A stretch of 64,000 nucleotides of DNA, from contig JBKJIQ010000008.1 in NCBI GenBank assembly GCA_046598395.1, positions 33,275 to 97,274 of the forward strand, read 5' to 3'. This document shows positions 61,168 through 64,000 of this stretch, in pieces (the stretch's first letter is position 1; every line of letters begins with the position of its first letter). The notes below the pieces were generated by a model. The model saw nothing but the letters and a program-made list of their open reading frames with translations. It ran no database searches and was not told the origin of the DNA. A program made the translations under genes and the position numbers. Source of the DNA: Acidimicrobiia bacterium. Lineage in GTDB: Bacteria; Actinomycetota; Acidimicrobiia; IMCC26256; JAENVU01.

Positions 61168-62238
61168 TCAGGTTCTGGCTCCGTGGAACCGGTTCGTCAC
61201 GAACGGTGAGGTCATGGCCCGCACCAGTGCGCTGTAGTTGACCTGGAAGCTCATCTTGGACCCTACGGAACACCGGGTGTCACCGGTGTCGACGACCAGG
61301 TGGTCACTGCTTGCGCCGAGGATGGTGAAGCCCGCCACCGACGTGAGCCCGTGGGGATCGATGTCTTGGTGGCCGAGGGCAAGCAGCGATTGACGGGTCA
61401 TGGCCTTCCCTGAGCGAATGGGAGGGCTACCGAATGCCGTTTGTCCGATCGTGCCCCAGGGCTGGGTGGGCTTGTCGTTGGCTTCAATCACCTCGGCGAC
61501 GAGCGTGATTGCGTCGGTATGCAATCCCGGCACCGGCTCACGGTGGAGAGGCTCCCGGCCGAGGAGGACCGACTCGCCGAGGCGCAACTCGTTGACCCGC
61601 CCGGTGTCTTGGCAGCCGAGCGCCCAGTTGAGGTTTGCAGAGTTTCCGCCGGATACCACGGGCAGTACAACGTCGAAGGTGGTTTCCACCAGCTCGACGA
61701 GACGCGAGAGTTCGGCCATGTTGGTTGCGTCGGGTACCACGCCGCTTTGACATGCGAGATTGGTGCCGATTCCCTGCAGCGTCAGTTCGGGAAGGTTGAG
61801 GGTGAGACGGGCGAGGTCGAGAAGGTCCGCGGCGAGGACGCCTTCGCGCAGGTCACCCAGCTCCACCATCAGCACGATTCCGTGGGTCCGTCGCTGAGCA
61901 ACGGCGGCCGCGGAAAGGGCTTCGATCACGACCGCCTCGGAGTTGAGGCTGGCCTCGGCGGCCGTCACCACCCGATCGACCTGACTCAGCATCGGTGACC
62001 GGATCAGCGTGATCGGCGCCGTGACCCCACCCGCGCGCAGCGCCTCGATGTTCTCGACGCGTGCATCGCCGAGTGCGTTGATGCCGCCGCGTTCCATTGC
62101 AGTCGCGAGCTCGGGCGAACCCAACATCGCCTTCGTGACCCCAGTGACGGAGATGCCTTTCCGTCCGAGGCGGTCGACGAGCAGGCGGGCGTTCTCCGTG
62201 ATCTTGTGAAGGTCGACCTCGAGCCGCGGCGCGGTCAT
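61168..62238 (-). CDS. PLP-dependent alanine-racemase-fold enzyme (ornithine/amino-acid racemase, YhfX-like)
   Basis: 'GISVTGVTKAMLG' (PLP Lys context), 'VELGDLREG', 'SGGNSANL'. 356 aa. Confidence 0.7.
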   Translation of the reverse strand: MTAPRLEVDLHKITENARLLVDRLGRKGISVTGVTKAMLGSPELATAMERGGINALGDARVENIEALRAGGVTAPITLIRSPMLSQVDRVVTAAEASLNSEAVVIEALSAAAVAQRRTHGIVLMVELGDLREGVLAADLLDLARLTLNLPELTLQGIGTNLACQSGVVPDATNMAELSRLVELVETTFDVVLPVVSGGNSANLNWALGCQDTGRVNELRLGESVLLGREPLHREPVPGLHTDAITLVAEVIEANDKPTQPWGTIGQTAFGSPPIRSGKAMTRQSLLALGHQDIDPHGLTSVAGFTILGASSDHLVVDTGDTRCSVGSKMSFQVNYSALVRAMTSPFVTNRFHGART

Positions 62239-63395
62239 CCCCGGTTGGCGGTCGCCAACCTCGCGAGCTCGGGAAAGGCGCCGAGCACCATCTCGACCAG
62301 ACGATCCGGCGACCGTGTCAGTGCGTCGGTGACCGGCATCTCGAGCTCGCGCTCGTAATCGAGGATCGCGGTTTCAACCTCGTCGTCGGTCATGTGTTCA
62401 TGGTTGATCGTGAGGCCAATCACGGTGGTGTCGGCGAAGGTCTGGATCAGATTGATTTCGCTCGCGGGAGTGGGCATCGGCATGGTCGGGAAGTCGCTCA
62501 ACATTGGGCGGGCCGGCGCGTGTTGAAGAATGACTCCGGCCGGTTGACTCCCCCGCAGGATGTAGCCGGACGTGAGGTAGGCGGGGTGGCTGAGCGCGCC
62601 TTGACCTTCGACGATGATCACGTCGGGGTGTTCGACTTCGAAGGCCTCAACGACCGCGGCTTCCATCTCTCCGGAACAGAACTGCGGCGCGATCGCATCG
62701 AGGGCCACGCCGTATTTTGCGCCCTGGATCAAGCTGGTTTGTCCGGTCCCCACGAGGACAGCCTTGATTCCGGCCGCGTTGAGGGCCTGGGTGAGGATGG
62801 TCGCGGTCGTCCGTTTGCCGATAGCGCCGTCGGTGCCGAGCACCGCAATTCGCGGACACGTGACTTCGAAGATGCGGCCGGAGAAGAAGCGCAGGTCCTT
62901 CTTCGCCCGAGGCCGCCGGACGTCGAGCATCGTGACGTTGCTGGCCACGCTCGCAGCCACGAACTCGGGATCGTCGTTCAGGAACTCATGCAAACCGTTG
63001 ACCACGTGCATTCCCGCCGCGATGGCGTCGAGCACGACGGTCCGCTCCATCGGCGACAGCAGCCCGCTCGCCGGGGCCATCCCGAAGATGAAGTAGTCCG
63101 GGATACGACCGAGGACGCGAACGGCACTCGCCACGTCGTGCAGGATCGGAATCCCATTCGGGATGTCGTCCAAGACTTCGCCCGCGTCACGGCCCGCCTG
63201 GCGGCTGTCGATGACGGCGACGACGTCGTACTTCTCCGAAGACCGAACCAGGCCGTTCGCGGTCTTACCGTCGAGTTCGCCGAAGTTGCCTTCGCAGTAC
63301 ACGAACGCCGTATTGCCCACCGGTGGAGGGCTCGTATGGACCTGCGGGGCGAAATCGCCCATAGCGGAACCGGGATGTACCGAAACTGGTGACAT
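62235..63395 (-). CDS. DUF1611 family protein (DgcN-like, P-loop-containing)
   Basis: 'AVLGTDGAIGKRTT' P-loop-like and 'IIVEGQGALSHPAY'. The overall pattern fits my recollection of DUF1611. ATG 63395 has SD GAGGAG 4 nt upstream. 4-nt overlap with the racemase-like gene. Confidence 0.7.
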   Translation of the reverse strand: MSPVSVHPGSAMGDFAPQVHTSPPPVGNTAFVYCEGNFGELDGKTANGLVRSSEKYDVVAVIDSRQAGRDAGEVLDDIPNGIPILHDVASAVRVLGRIPDYFIFGMAPASGLLSPMERTVVLDAIAAGMHVVNGLHEFLNDDPEFVAASVASNVTMLDVRRPRAKKDLRFFSGRIFEVTCPRIAVLGTDGAIGKRTTATILTQALNAAGIKAVLVGTGQTSLIQGAKYGVALDAIAPQFCSGEMEAAVVEAFEVEHPDVIIVEGQGALSHPAYLTSGYILRGSQPAGVILQHAPARPMLSDFPTMPMPTPASEINLIQTFADTTVIGLTINHEHMTDDEVETAILDYERELEMPVTDALTRSPDRLVEMVLGAFPELARLATANRG

Positions 63396-63399
63396 TGCG

Positions 63400-63422
63400 C
63401 TCCTCTGATGGGCTCAGAGGAG
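63400..63422 (-). promoter_or_regulatory. perfect 9-bp hairpin sequestering the SD of the DUF1611 gene
   Basis: mRNA sense reads CUCCUCUGA-GCCCA-UCAGAGGAG-CGCA-AUG. The 3' arm is the ribosome-binding site. It sits at the end of a 263-nt intergenic leader. Confidence 0.55.
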
Positions 63423-63658
63423 GCGACAGGATCGTTTCGGGCGAGCGCCCAAGCATCAACGAGCCGTCTTCCCTAAGAAGGGATGAAGTCGGACCGTACC
63501 AGGTCAGCGCAATGTCGGCCCGGCGGCCGAGGGATTCCCGACCGAATCGGTCACCGCGACCTCGACCGACAACACTGACGTGGTGACCGAGACGTGGCAG
63601 CCGTGTCCACCGGTTGGGCCATGACATTCCTCGCGGCGCATCCTTGCGGCGGGCGGCC

Positions 63659-64000
63659 ATGACCCCGCACTCGCGAGAGATCACCGTCGAAGCGGCGCGT
63701 CGGCGCACGTTCGCGATCATCAGCCACCCCGACGCGGGCAAGACCACGCTCACCGAGAAGTTCCTGCTCTACTCCGGCGCGGTGCTCGTGGCCGGTTCGG
63801 TGAAGGCCCGCGCCGGTCGGCGTTCCGCCACATCCGACTGGATGGCGATGGAGCAGGAACGCGGCATCTCGATCACGTCCACGGTGTTGCAGTTCAACTA
63901 TCGAGACCATGTCCTGAATCTGCTCGACACTCCGGGCCACCGTGACTTTTCCGAAGACACGTATCGCGTGCTCGCGGCGGCCGATGCCGCGATCATGGTC
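63659..64000 (+). CDS. prfC: peptide chain release factor 3 (5' part; runs off the window)
   Basis: Not in the ORF track because no stop lies in the window. ATG 63659 gives '[41 protein letters not shown]...[15 protein letters not shown]...[16 protein letters not shown]', with G1/G3 GTPase motifs and the RF3 N-terminus. Confidence 0.9.
   Translation, partial: MTPHSREITVEAARRRTFAIISHPDAGKTTLTEKFLLYSGAVLVAGSVKARAGRRSATSDWMAMEQERGISITSTVLQFNYRDHVLNLLDTPGHRDFSEDTYRVLAAADAAIMV

Noticed and set aside
63423-63658. I tried to assign the DUF1611 leader to a known riboswitch class: glycine, lysine, guanidine-I/II/III, ydaO, TPP, SAM or cobalamin.
   Set aside because: Only short chance similarities were found (GGUCCGA, UAGGG, AAGACGGC, CCGACAUUGCGCUGACCUGGUA), and in an order inconsistent with any consensus I know. 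I therefore report only the hairpin and the leader length.
1-64000. I looked for mobile elements, prophage remnants, CRISPR arrays, rRNA/tRNA genes, toxin-antitoxin pairs and defence-system hallmarks (stand-alone nucleases, ATPases or methylases in islands).
   Set aside because: None was found. There are no transposase, integrase or recombinase ORFs, no long direct or inverted terminal repeats, and no spacer-repeat periodicity. RmuC, the FEN-like exonuclease and the SAM methyltransferase sit in ordinary housekeeping context without partner genes typical of defence loci.

Overview
This is a very GC-rich, densely packed chromosomal segment. The gene content looks actinobacterial (mycothiol/DinB-type protein, RipA-like NlpC/P60, FxsA, CtaA/CtaB, SoxR), but GC content and taxonomy were not computed. 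I can support about 65 protein-coding genes. I found no rRNA, tRNA, CRISPR array, transposase, integrase or phage gene, so this reads as core or metabolic chromosome rather than an island. Many ORF-track entries are long antisense or out-of-frame ORFs typical of high-GC DNA, and I did not call them.

Main gene content:
- Heme O/A synthesis: ctaB plus a TlpA-like gene, and ctaA. Two parallel operons of the form enzyme, ABC ATPase, ABC-2 permease sit beside them.
- Lipid and CoA metabolism: many acyl-CoA dehydrogenase, crotonase, SDR, FadH-like and acyl-CoA ligase genes.
- A TetR-controlled carotenoid/stilbene-type cleavage oxygenase cluster.
- A SoxR regulator with a recognisable MerR-type divergent promoter.
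- A membrane-anchored three-cupredoxin multicopper oxidase.
- corA, bioB, a DUF1611 plus PLP-racemase-like pair, and the 5' end of prfC.

I did not find a convincing, self-contained novel system such as a defence or secretion locus. The observations most worth follow-up are:
- A GroES-fold protein ending in a proteasome-activator-like tail (GLYL).
- A 9-bp perfect hairpin that sequesters the Shine-Dalgarno (SD) sequence, at the end of a 263-bp leader in front of the DUF1611/racemase operon.
- The SoxR promoter architecture with a leaderless uncharacterised target gene.
- The twin ABC-2 exporter operons coupled to heme A synthase and to a polyprenyl synthase.
- Three genes that look damaged in this sequence: aqpZ (frameshift), a PhyH gene (in-frame TGA at a Trp position), and a GlcD-like gene with no canonical start codon.

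All function calls rest on motifs read by eye. No database search was run.
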